Origin: Candidatus Nanobsidianus stetteri
GTDB taxonomy: Archaea > Nanobdellota > Nanobdellia > Nanobdellales > Nanobdellaceae
NCBI RefSeq assembly: GCF_003086415.1
Contig: NZ_QEFP02000004.1
Coordinates: 30,001 to 62,000 of the forward strand
DNA: 32,000 nucleotides
Direction: 5' to 3'
The notes beneath the pieces are model-generated. The model worked only from the letters and a program-made list of their open reading frames with translations. It did no database searches and was not told the DNA's origin. The position numbers and the translations under genes were made by a program. Shown here in pieces: positions 1 through 8,993 of the stretch (position 1 is the stretch's first letter; every line of letters begins with the position of its first letter).

Positions 1-81
1 TATTATTTCCAACAAATTTGGCGTTTTGTAATCAAAGTTAACCATTATTAATTTTTAAATTAAATACTTATATATATTTCT

Positions 82-555
82 ATGAAAAGTTTAGATAAAA
101 AATCAAGAAAAAATTTAATTGAGATATTAAAAAACAATTATAAAATAGAATGTGAAAAATTAAAAAACGAAAACATTTTTTTAGATGAAGAAAATAATAT
201 TTACATATATAATAATATTCCAATAGCATTTATAAAAGATAATAAAATATATCCAACAATATTTTTGATAAATGAATGTGAAACAAATATGAATTATATT
301 AAAGTAAATATTGGAGCAAAAGAAAAAATATTAAATGGTGCAGATGTATTTAGACCCGGAATAATTGAATTTTCGGATTTTAAAAAAGATGAAATAATAT
401 TAATAATATCTGAAGATAATAAATTATTGGCAATTGGAAGAGCATTATATGATAGTAATGATGCTATAAAGATGGAGAAAGGGAAAATAATAGAAAATAT
501 ACATTATTATGGGGATAAAATAACAAAATATTATTTAAATAAAATTAAAAATTGA
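82..555 (+). CDS. PUA-domain RNA-binding protein
   Basis: 157-aa ORF. The C-terminal half has the PUA signature region 'KILNGADVFRPGIIEF...LLAIGRALYDS...KGKIIENIHYYGD'. A TTTAAA box lies about 28 nt upstream of the ATG. Confidence 0.6.
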   Translation: MKSLDKKSRKNLIEILKNNYKIECEKLKNENIFLDEENNIYIYNNIPIAFIKDNKIYPTIFLINECETNMNYIKVNIGAKEKILNGADVFRPGIIEFSDFKKDEIILIISEDNKLLAIGRALYDSNDAIKMEKGKIIENIHYYGDKITKYYLNKIKN

Positions 556-1680
556 TTTCTGCTTTAATAAATTGCTATATTTTTTCAATTTATATACAGA
601 AACATTATATTTATTCATAAATTTATTATTTAAATATGATATTAGTTCATTATAATTATTGAATTTTTCTACTAAATTATTTAGCATATACTTTGTCCCT
701 TCTCTAACAACCCAAACACCCAAAGGAACTTTATATTCTCTTGTTACAAATCTAAATACAACCAAATTTCCAACCATTTTATAATTTCTCATAAATTCTG
801 CAAAAGATAATTTTAGAGCACTATAACCCCCAGATTCATCATCTCTACCAATTATACTATATTTAGAGTTTAAATTATATATAGAACCTGGTATTAATGT
901 TTCTATTAATTCACAATTTCCATTACCTGGAAAAAATACTCCATAAAAATCATTTCCATATAAAGAATAATAGAATAAATAATATTTATCATTAATTTTA
1001 GAATAATCTTTTATTTCTTCCTTTATTTTTCTCTCTAAGATTTCATGAACTGCAGTTATTGCCCACTTACTAGGAACCAATTTTCTATTTATCTTATATC
1101 CAAAAAATCCCATTGAAAACAATCTTGATAAATAATAATCGGACATTCCAGATTTATATAAATAGTATATGGAATCTTCAGCCTTCATTTCTTCTACTTT
1201 ATATATTTCTTTTGGTATTTTTGGATTTTCATTTATTTTTATTTTATCTATTATTCCAGAATATCCATATAAACCAATTATCTTAGAAATTCTCATATTT
1301 TCACTTATTTTATTAAAATATATTTCCAAATTTATTGATTTAACTGATAACATCGAATCTAAAACTTCATTATATAATTTATCATTTTTTCTTGGTAAAT
1401 TTGCATCTACAACTTTCTTTGCATTTATTAAACTTATTCTACTCTTTATAATTTCTTCAACATCTATATTATTCTTTGCCCAATATATTGGATTATCATA
1501 TAATTCTATTTTTTCATTATAAGATGTCAATATACCTAAAGATAGTTTTGGATAATTGATTGGACTAATTAAATTTGATGGAGGAGTATAACCATTTATA
1601 TCCTTTTTTAATATTATAGATTTTCCATATAATTTCTTGTATTTTTCTGCAAGTTTTTTTGCATTTATAACATCTATCAT
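535..1680 (-). CDS. Nre-family (DUF650/DUF651) archaeal DNA-repair-associated protein
   Basis: 381 aa. Motifs recalled from the Nre_N/Nre_C families are present: 'GYTPPSNLISPINYPKLSLGIL', 'VPSKWAITAV', 'YKVPLGVWVVREG'. The assignment rests on motif memory, not a search. Confidence 0.55.
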   Translation of the reverse strand: MIDVINAKKLAEKYKKLYGKSIILKKDINGYTPPSNLISPINYPKLSLGILTSYNEKIELYDNPIYWAKNNIDVEEIIKSRISLINAKKVVDANLPRKNDKLYNEVLDSMLSVKSINLEIYFNKISENMRISKIIGLYGYSGIIDKIKINENPKIPKEIYKVEEMKAEDSIYYLYKSGMSDYYLSRLFSMGFFGYKINRKLVPSKWAITAVHEILERKIKEEIKDYSKINDKYYLFYYSLYGNDFYGVFFPGNGNCELIETLIPGSIYNLNSKYSIIGRDDESGGYSALKLSFAEFMRNYKMVGNLVVFRFVTREYKVPLGVWVVREGTKYMLNNLVEKFNNYNELISYLNNKFMNKYNVSVYKLKKYSNLLKQKSIFNFI

Positions 1681-1711
1681 TAGATTTTTATTTATTTTTT
1701 AAATTATAAGT

Positions 1712-2392
1712 TTGATGGATATAATAAATATACCAACAAAATATAAATTGAAAGAAATTAAAAATTTGGATGAATTGAAAAAATATTTACCAAAAAAATT
1801 TGCCCTTGTATCTTTAACACAATATTCTGAATATGCTAAAAAAATATATGAAATATTAAAGAATGATTATGAAATAATATTAAAAGAGGGATTATATGGG
1901 ATAAATGTTTTGGGATGTTATTCAGAACCTGCAAATATAAATGATATAGATACGGTATTATTAATTGGAAATGGAAAATTTCATGCAGAAAATATTATAA
2001 GAAAATTAAAGAAAAAGGTAATTGTTTATGACCCTATATATGGAGAAATAAAAGTTTATGAACCAGATTATAATTTCGATAAAATTATAGAATTTTTATT
2101 AAATAAAATAAAAAATTCAAAGAATATTGGAATAATATTATCTATAAAACCTGGACAATATTATTATTTAGAAACATTAAAGGTTAAAGATAAATTGGAA
2201 AAATCTGGAAAAAATGTGTACTTATTTATTGGAGATACAATTGATACTTTACAATTATTGAATTTCCCATATATAGATTTCTGGATTTTTTCTGCATGTC
2301 CAAGAATGATTGATGATATAATAGATAATAGTATAAATGGCATAACAATTGATATTTTAATTAAAAATTTAGACAAAGTAGTTAATATTTAA
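1712..2392 (+). CDS. dph2: Diphthamide synthase Dph2-like protein with domains 2-3 only (N-terminal domain absent)
   Basis: 226 aa (TTG at 1712, ATG at 1715). It aligns by eye to the C-terminal two thirds of archaeal Dph2, with 'VLGCY' and 'SACPRM' cysteine motifs and 'IGNGKFH'. Archaeal Dph2 is usually about 330-340 aa. Confidence 0.6.
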   Translation: MMDIINIPTKYKLKEIKNLDELKKYLPKKFALVSLTQYSEYAKKIYEILKNDYEIILKEGLYGINVLGCYSEPANINDIDTVLLIGNGKFHAENIIRKLKKKVIVYDPIYGEIKVYEPDYNFDKIIEFLLNKIKNSKNIGIILSIKPGQYYYLETLKVKDKLEKSGKNVYLFIGDTIDTLQLLNFPYIDFWIFSACPRMIDDIIDNSINGITIDILIKNLDKVVNI

Positions 2393-4378
2393 TATTCCCT
2401 GTATGAATATATATAATCCTATTGAAGATAATGTAGAGAATATAAAGAATATTGTTATATTCATTATATAATATTTGTATAAATAGTAATAGAATCCCAA
2501 TTTATCTCCACTATTTTCTATACTATTAATTGCATATATAATTACAAAAGCTATTGCCAAATTAAATATTCCAATTATAATTATCATTGTAGCTGGGGAA
2601 GTAAGAGAATTTAAGTTAAATATATTAAATATAACGTTTGGTAATGAATTTATATATTGAGAAAAATTAGAATTAGATGAAGCTAAATTGGATATTTGAC
2701 TAAATTGAAAAGATAATTTATATAAAATTTCTATAATCATTACACTGACTGCACCCACTATTCCTAAAATAATTGGAGCTAAAATTCTTAATAAAGATTT
2801 TAATTGAGATAAATCTTCTGCTACAAGATCTTTAATTCTCTCTTTTACTTTTGACATTAATAAAAAATATTTTGCAATTATACTGGTTATAACAGCAGCT
2901 TCTGAAGGAGATTGACCGCTGGCTTCATATAATAATTCCATTGTAGCTCTCAATTGAGATGATGGAATTTTGGATAGAGCTCCGTATCTCATATCAAATA
3001 TTGAATCATAAAACGATAAACCCGCCCTTAAATTTTGATATACTTTTGATATAAAATCTCCAATTGGACTACCTTTATATTTAGGGTAAACATATATCAT
3101 AGCCTTTTCAACTGGATAACCTTCATTTAATGCTGAACTTAAAGATAATAAAAATGGTGGTAAATCTGTCGCTATTTTTTCTAAATTTTTATATAAATCT
3201 TTATAATGTGAATAATAAATAAAAGCAATTAATGAAACAGATAAACCCATCAAAAATACTAAAAATTCTGATAATAATATTCCTGAAACATCAAATTTAT
3301 ACAAATATTGAAATATTACAAAAAAGATTATGAAAAATAATAATATACTTACTGAAAGTCCACTTGCTATTGATATTAATTTATTTGTTAGATCTTCTCT
3401 CTTTAAATAATAAAATAGATATATATCATCATTTGAAAAAACATTAACAATTTTTGAGGAAATTGAATAGTTAATTGAATAAAATGCTAAAACGGGTATT
3501 AAAATATCAAATAATATAAATAAAACAAGAGGACTAAATATATTTTCTAAGAATATTGATGCAAGGGGAAATACTGTTAATAGCATAACTGGTAAAGTTA
3601 TACCCAACATAGATACAAGATTTATTGTAGATCTTATTTCTCTAGAAAATTCATATAGTTCATTTACCAATTCTTCTAAAGCCTCTTCTATAGATTTATC
3701 TATCTGGAAATTTCTTCTATCCTTATCTGGATCATATAAAGCACTTAATATAAGCATAATACCGGTATAAAAGAATTTTGCATTTTTTTCCCAAGATCTT
3801 GAATACTCTATTAAAGCTTCCGATGCAGAAACATATTTTCTATTATATATATCTCTTAACAATCTTAACAAATCTAATTTTAATGGTAAGTTAATATTTT
3901 TTGCAGCAAATAGCATAGCTTGTTCTACATTTGGATTTTGTCTTAATTTAATAGCTAACAATAATAATAAACTTACTAATTGAGATTTCTTCTTCGTATT
4001 TAAATTATTGTATAAAATAATGTAATAATAATCTACCAATATATATGATAATAAACCAAGAGAAGTAAATAATAAGAAGTATAAGGGAGATATTATTAGT
4101 GTTGAAATTATTCCTATAAAGATAAACAATAGTAGAAAAAATATTGCTGTCGAATCTATTTGATCAATATTTACATCTAAAAATAATTCTTTATTTATTT
4201 TTTCAAAATTTCTTTTTTTATTATTATTTGATTTAATTTTTATTATATTTCCAAATGTTTTAACAATTTTTTCATAATATTTTAATTTATTACCAAAATA
4301 AAAATATTTATATAATTTTAATTTGCCTTCTAAATTCTGAGTATCTAATCTATTTAACTCAACTTCTGATATATCCAT
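2369..4378 (-). CDS. FlaJ/TadC-like polytopic membrane protein (type IV pilus/archaellum platform, T2SS-F-like)
   Basis: 669 aa with many hydrophobic segments alternating with soluble helical domains. It overlaps the upstream secretion-ATPase gene by 25 nt, which suggests an operon and translational coupling. Confidence 0.5.
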   Translation of the reverse strand: MDISEVELNRLDTQNLEGKLKLYKYFYFGNKLKYYEKIVKTFGNIIKIKSNNNKKRNFEKINKELFLDVNIDQIDSTAIFFLLLFIFIGIISTLIISPLYFLLFTSLGLLSYILVDYYYIILYNNLNTKKKSQLVSLLLLLAIKLRQNPNVEQAMLFAAKNINLPLKLDLLRLLRDIYNRKYVSASEALIEYSRSWEKNAKFFYTGIMLILSALYDPDKDRRNFQIDKSIEEALEELVNELYEFSREIRSTINLVSMLGITLPVMLLTVFPLASIFLENIFSPLVLFILFDILIPVLAFYSINYSISSKIVNVFSNDDIYLFYYLKREDLTNKLISIASGLSVSILLFFIIFFVIFQYLYKFDVSGILLSEFLVFLMGLSVSLIAFIYYSHYKDLYKNLEKIATDLPPFLLSLSSALNEGYPVEKAMIYVYPKYKGSPIGDFISKVYQNLRAGLSFYDSIFDMRYGALSKIPSSQLRATMELLYEASGQSPSEAAVITSIIAKYFLLMSKVKERIKDLVAEDLSQLKSLLRILAPIILGIVGAVSVMIIEILYKLSFQFSQISNLASSNSNFSQYINSLPNVIFNIFNLNSLTSPATMIIIIGIFNLAIAFVIIYAINSIENSGDKLGFYYYLYKYYIMNITIFFIFSTLSSIGLYIFIQGILNINYFV

Positions 4379-6597
4379 TTCTTCATATTATCTAATATAT
4401 ATTCTTTTACAATTTCATTATATTCTTTAATACTTTTGTCTACATATTGATAAAACACTTCATTATATGCAGAAACAAAATCTGCTTCTAAAATATCTTT
4501 CCTATTTTTTTCTCTTGCTATATCTACTAATATCTTTTTTGACAAACCTATTGTTTCTATCATATTCCATATCCTTTCCCAAGATTTTGACAAATATCTT
4601 ATTCTAGATGCAACAGCCTTTAATATATCAGAATCTCCATTTATTAATTCTAATGTTGGTTCTAAATTATCCTTTTCTGCATCATAAACCATTAAATCAA
4701 CAAAACCTTTTTCTCTTAATGGATCCTGATCCCATAATTTTCTTACTTCAGTTATCCTTAATACCCTTCTATATCTTTTTAAACCCGAAGGTTCTTTAAT
4801 TGGATTTACAATTACTATTATATCTGTAGCTTTAAATGATGTTTTTGGAACTCCCAAATCATTTACAACTCTATCATATACTCCGTAAGGACTTTCTGCA
4901 TGTAAAGTACCCATTACTGCATTCGCTACAGCACCAACTCTCATAGCTTCATACAATGTTAAAGCTTCCTTTGATCTAACTTCTCCAACAATTATAGCAC
5001 TATCTCCCATTCTTAAAGATACTCTCAAACCTTCCTCAGCAGATAATTCTGCAGATTTTAGTGAAAATGGGCTCCTAACTTTCATAGGAACTATATTATA
5101 TCCTATTGATCTGAAAAATTCTGTAGGTATTTCTAAAGTGTCCTCTACAGTTACTATCCTAACTTTTTTAGGTATTTCTAACATTAAAGCTGTTAATAAT
5201 GATGTTTTACCACTTCCCCTTGTACCAGCAATTAAAATTGTCCTTCCATTTGCAACTAAAAAAGATAATAAACCTGCAGCCTGATAATTTAGCATTTTAT
5301 TATCTATAAATAAAGGTAAGGTCCATGGTTTACTTCTATGTCTTCTAATTATATATGATAATCCAAAGGGAGATAATGGTGGAGATAATGCTGCAACTCT
5401 TAATAATATATTATTTCCAATTACTAAATCTGTATCTAAAACAGGATTTGCTTCATCAAAGGGTCTTCCAGATATTAATCTCAATTTTGTGGCCCATGAT
5501 TCTACTTCCCTCCTAGTTGGAGTTACATTTGTAACACACATTTCATATTTGGAATGCTGTAAATATATTGGAGTTATACCCGCTGGTGGGTTTATAAATA
5601 AATCCTCTAAATTTTCATCCAAAACTATCTTTTCTATTATTCCAAAACCAATTGTATATCTAATTATTATACTTTTAATTAATTCCAACCTACTTTTATC
5701 TATATTTATATTATATATAGACATTAATTTCGCTAATATATTATTTAGTATATTATTATATATTTCTCTTAATCTTTCTACATCTAGATAATCTTCCTTT
5801 CTAGGTTCATATTCTTGTAAAATTTCTATTGCCTTATGGGATAAAAATGTTTCTTCAGAGAATATTTTATATTCTTCTGGAAATATATAATATCTAAAAA
5901 CTGTTTCTTCAGGATTTTTTAATATAAAAACTTCTGTATTTTTATCCAATCTATAAGAATCTACAATATTATAACTTTCTGAAATTTTATTTATATATTT
6001 TGTATCTATAAATTTTGGTTTTATATCTCCCAATAATATTCTTCTATATATTTCCCTATTTCCAATTTGATATCCAATTAGAAATGGTTTAATATATTTA
6101 TATATTGGTAATGATTCAAATTTTATTAAAAAATTATCTATTAATGATATTAAATTTGATATTTGATTTTCTAAATCCTTATTATTTTTTAATATTGACA
6201 TCAATTTTCTTTTCATTCTTCTTATAAATATATATGTACCGATTGGATCTTTCAAATATTCCTTATCCAAATAATCTATTATAGTTTTTATTTCTGAATA
6301 TAATGGATTTCCAGTCAATAAATACCTATAATATTCTGATATATTATTTTTAATAGAAAGATATACATCAAGAAAACTATTTAATACTTTTATACTATCT
6401 TCATAATATTCTATATTTTCATCTTGCTCAATTATTATAGTATTTACAAATGGATCTATAGACAATATATTTAATATATATTCCATTATATTTGGATCAT
6501 CTTCAATTGTAGCAATATTATTATAATTTTTAGCATTTACATATAATACTCTTTCTTTTCCATTCATTTTAATTTCATATTGTAAATTATTTAGCAT
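4354..6597 (-). CDS. Type II/IV secretion-family ATPase (FlaI/VirB11/PilB-like) with a long N-terminal extension
   Basis: 747 aa. Walker A 'GTRGSGKTS', Walker B/Asp-box region 'DSAIIVGEVRSKEA' and His-box 'GTLHAESP' are present. About 450 aa precede Walker A. Confidence 0.85.
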   Translation of the reverse strand: MLNNLQYEIKMNGKERVLYVNAKNYNNIATIEDDPNIMEYILNILSIDPFVNTIIIEQDENIEYYEDSIKVLNSFLDVYLSIKNNISEYYRYLLTGNPLYSEIKTIIDYLDKEYLKDPIGTYIFIRRMKRKLMSILKNNKDLENQISNLISLIDNFLIKFESLPIYKYIKPFLIGYQIGNREIYRRILLGDIKPKFIDTKYINKISESYNIVDSYRLDKNTEVFILKNPEETVFRYYIFPEEYKIFSEETFLSHKAIEILQEYEPRKEDYLDVERLREIYNNILNNILAKLMSIYNINIDKSRLELIKSIIIRYTIGFGIIEKIVLDENLEDLFINPPAGITPIYLQHSKYEMCVTNVTPTRREVESWATKLRLISGRPFDEANPVLDTDLVIGNNILLRVAALSPPLSPFGLSYIIRRHRSKPWTLPLFIDNKMLNYQAAGLLSFLVANGRTILIAGTRGSGKTSLLTALMLEIPKKVRIVTVEDTLEIPTEFFRSIGYNIVPMKVRSPFSLKSAELSAEEGLRVSLRMGDSAIIVGEVRSKEALTLYEAMRVGAVANAVMGTLHAESPYGVYDRVVNDLGVPKTSFKATDIIVIVNPIKEPSGLKRYRRVLRITEVRKLWDQDPLREKGFVDLMVYDAEKDNLEPTLELINGDSDILKAVASRIRYLSKSWERIWNMIETIGLSKKILVDIAREKNRKDILEADFVSAYNEVFYQYVDKSIKEYNEIVKEYILDNMKKWIYQKLS

Positions 6598-6635
6598 ATA
6601 AAGATTAATATATATTAAAATATAATAGTTTTACT

Positions 6636-6998
6636 ATGAATGATCCAGAGACACTTAGAAGATTAAAATATTTAGAAGAGAAAATTTCAATATTCAATAA
6701 TATATTACAAACTATGGATGTAACTACTAGAACTTCTTTAGATGATTTTAAATTAGAGATAGAAAATATTAAGAAAGAAATAAATGATATAAAACAAGAA
6801 ATAAATGATATAGAAATAAAAATAAAAGCAATAATGGATCAGTTATCAAATTTTGCTACTACAGATCAATTAAAAATTATAAATTCCATTCTAGATTATA
6901 TAAATCCATTTGATTTTGTTACTAAGAAAGAACTGGATAAATTAATAAAAGAAAAAATTATGGAATACTTTGGTAACTTATACAATCAGAAAAGTTAA
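6636..6998 (+). CDS. Small coiled-coil protein, function unknown
   Basis: 120 aa, heptad-rich ('EIENIKKEINDIKQEINDIEIKIKAI'). No motif I recognise. Confidence 0.45.
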   Translation: MNDPETLRRLKYLEEKISIFNNILQTMDVTTRTSLDDFKLEIENIKKEINDIKQEINDIEIKIKAIMDQLSNFATTDQLKIINSILDYINPFDFVTKKELDKLIKEKIMEYFGNLYNQKS

Positions 6999-7030
6999 AT
7001 TTATAATATTCAATATTTTTATTAAGAATT

Positions 7031-7732
7031 ATGAGAAGCTTACTTGGTCTATTTAGTAAGAAAGGTAATAAAGATCACGATAATCAACAGAATTTAGACA
7101 ACCTATTTCAGGACTTTAATAATTTAATACCACAAAATAATGAGTTATTCAATCAATTTCAGCAAAGTAATAATATTAATCCCATATCAAATAATTATCA
7201 GAATTTTTCTTTTGGTCAAACAAATCAGCAAATACCATTACAACAAAATACTCCAGGTCAATTTAATCAGCCATGGAATTTACCTCCACAACCAACTTCG
7301 AGTCCAAATCAATTTATACCATCCCAACAACAAATTCAAAGCCAACCAGAATTTGGACCAGGTGGTTTTGCTATAGATGATAGACTCGAACAATATATAA
7401 ACAATACAATAAATGAAATATTAAGAGATAAATTGAATGAATTACATGATGAATTATCACAAATAAAAATATGGAAAGAGAAAGTAGAATATCTTATTAA
7501 TAAAATGCAAGAACAAATTGATAAATTAGACAATAGAATAACTGAAATAAATAATCTAGCAACTAAGAAATTAGAAGAATATGATAAGGGAATGCAAGAG
7601 GCAACAACAGAAATACAAGCATTACACAGATTGATAAGAACAATGATACCCGCCATATCTGAATCTACAAAAGAATTAAAAGAAACAGTAGAAGAATTAA
7701 AATCTTTAAGAGATTCAATTAAAAAACCTTAA
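7031..7732 (+). CDS. Q/N/P-rich low-complexity N-domain plus C-terminal coiled-coil protein, function unknown
   Basis: 233 aa. The N-terminus reads 'LLGLFSKKGNK', followed by about 100 aa dominated by Q, N and P, then a long heptad region. It appears to be a paralogue of the ORF at 15694..16083. Confidence 0.55.
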   Translation: MRSLLGLFSKKGNKDHDNQQNLDNLFQDFNNLIPQNNELFNQFQQSNNINPISNNYQNFSFGQTNQQIPLQQNTPGQFNQPWNLPPQPTSSPNQFIPSQQQIQSQPEFGPGGFAIDDRLEQYINNTINEILRDKLNELHDELSQIKIWKEKVEYLINKMQEQIDKLDNRITEINNLATKKLEEYDKGMQEATTEIQALHRLIRTMIPAISESTKELKETVEELKSLRDSIKKP

Positions 7733-7760
7733 ATTTTTTAATCCTTTTTAATAAATTTTA

Positions 7761-8159
7761 TTGATGGATAAGAAGGAAACCATAATAGTTGGAATAATAC
7801 TATTAATATTATTAGCATTAGGATTCATAATTGCTCCATTATTATATCCAATAAATAATAACCAGAATTTAAATCAGAATCAATTATATCAAATATCTCA
7901 GATTGCACAATATTGTCAAGCTCTATGTATATATGCAAAGTACAATTTATCTATAAATAACTTAAGCAATACTTGTCTAGTATCGGAAAATTCAATATTA
8001 TATCAATCTTGGATTTCTTATCCGAATGCATATAATTGGGGTTGTGAAGTATCAGATAATAATTTGAATTTATGCAATAATAGTAATTATATAGTATTGG
8101 ATGATAATTGTTCAATAATTAATATATATTATCAAAATAAACAATTAAATATAACATGA
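7761..8159 (+). CDS. Small N-terminally anchored, Cys- and N-X-S/T-rich protein (probably extracellular)
   Basis: 132 aa. It has one N-terminal hydrophobic helix ('IIVGIILLILLALGFIIAPLL'), 7 Cys, and several N-X-S/T sequons (NLS, NLS, NNS, NCS). TTG at 7761, ATG at 7764. Confidence 0.45.
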   Translation: MMDKKETIIVGIILLILLALGFIIAPLLYPINNNQNLNQNQLYQISQIAQYCQALCIYAKYNLSINNLSNTCLVSENSILYQSWISYPNAYNWGCEVSDNNLNLCNNSNYIVLDDNCSIINIYYQNKQLNIT

Positions 8160-8881
8160 AGTATATAGATTCTCATTGTCATCTATATAAATTTAACGAA
8201 ATAGAAACTAAAAGAATATTAAAAAATAAAGATATAATAATATTATCAGTATCTGAAGATTTAGAGTCCTCATTAAAGAATTTGGTTTTATCTCAATTAA
8301 ACGAAAATGTAATACCTGCAATAGGAATTCATCCATGGAATATAGACAAAGTAAATGAAAATACATTTAAAATAATAGAAGATATAATAAAGGATAATAA
8401 AATAAAAATACTTGGAGAAATTGGATTGGATAAAAAATTTAAGCCAGAAACATTTGAAAAACAGAAAGAAATTTTTGAAAAATTCCTAAATTTAGCAAAA
8501 GAATATGATTTAAATTTAAATCTTCATACTCCAAATGCTTCAAATGAAGTATACGATCTTTTAATAAAGTATGACATTAAAAAGGCATATTTTCATTGGT
8601 ATAGCGGGGATGAAAAATTATTGGAAGAGATAATCGATAAAGGATATTTTATAGGAATAAATGTTGCAACAATAGTAAATGAAAAATATAGAAAATATAT
8701 AGAAATTACAAATATGAAAAATATAATAACAGAATCTGATGGTCCATACAATTATAAAGGTATTATACTTCATCCAGATATGTTAAAAGATCTTTATAAA
8801 TTAATTTCAGATATAAGAAAAATAAATCTAGAAGAATTATCAAATATTATACAAAACAATTTTGCCAGGTTTATATATTAA
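8156..8881 (+). CDS. TatD-family metal-dependent hydrolase/DNase
   Basis: 241 aa. Motifs 'DSHCHL', 'GEIGLD', 'HWYSG' and 'ESDGPY' are present. It overlaps the upstream ORF by 4 nt. Confidence 0.8.
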   Translation: MKYIDSHCHLYKFNEIETKRILKNKDIIILSVSEDLESSLKNLVLSQLNENVIPAIGIHPWNIDKVNENTFKIIEDIIKDNKIKILGEIGLDKKFKPETFEKQKEIFEKFLNLAKEYDLNLNLHTPNASNEVYDLLIKYDIKKAYFHWYSGDEKLLEEIIDKGYFIGINVATIVNEKYRKYIEITNMKNIITESDGPYNYKGIILHPDMLKDLYKLISDIRKINLEELSNIIQNNFARFIY

Positions 8882-8993
8882 CATTTTGTTAACGTCATTT
8901 AACATGAAGTTAATATTTATAAATTTTAAGATAGATATTCATTAACGTTATATTAAATATGATTAACATGGTGTTAATCAATAATGCTTATAA

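Noticed and set aside
1-45. Possible minus-strand gene start (ATG complement at 43-45, reading 'MVNFDYKTPNLLEII...' out of the window).
   Set aside because: Only 15 codons are visible and nothing is recognisable, so it is too short to support as a feature.
1169-1522. 117-aa + strand ORF inside the Nre-like gene. Similar antisense ORFs lie at 2164-2376, 4608-4799, 5489-5791, 10499-10711, 13301-13522, 14525-14722 and 14762-14950.
   Set aside because: All lie entirely within longer opposite-strand ORFs that have recognisable conserved motifs. Their translations are low-complexity F/L/I/S-rich strings typical of shadow frames of AT-rich genes.
6777-6812. 21-nt tandem duplication 'gaaataaatgatata' (6777-6791 and 6798-6812).
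   Set aside because: It lies in frame within the coiled-coil ORF and simply encodes two consecutive heptads (EINDIKQ/EINDIEI). This is ordinary coiled-coil repetitiveness.
7140-7656. A 78-aa + frame ORF (7140-7376) and a 106-aa - strand ORF (7336-7656) overlapping the Q/N-rich gene.
   Set aside because: These are alternative or antisense frames of the 7031-7732 ORF. That ORF is longer, has coherent domain organisation and has a paralogue. The overlapping ORFs have no independent support.
7761-8159. The small N-terminally hydrophobic protein, considered as a type IV pilin or archaellin for the nearby ATPase.
   Set aside because: The N-terminus ('MMDKKETIIVGIILL...') lacks the class III signal-peptide cleavage context of K/R followed by G/A/S directly before the hydrophobic stretch.
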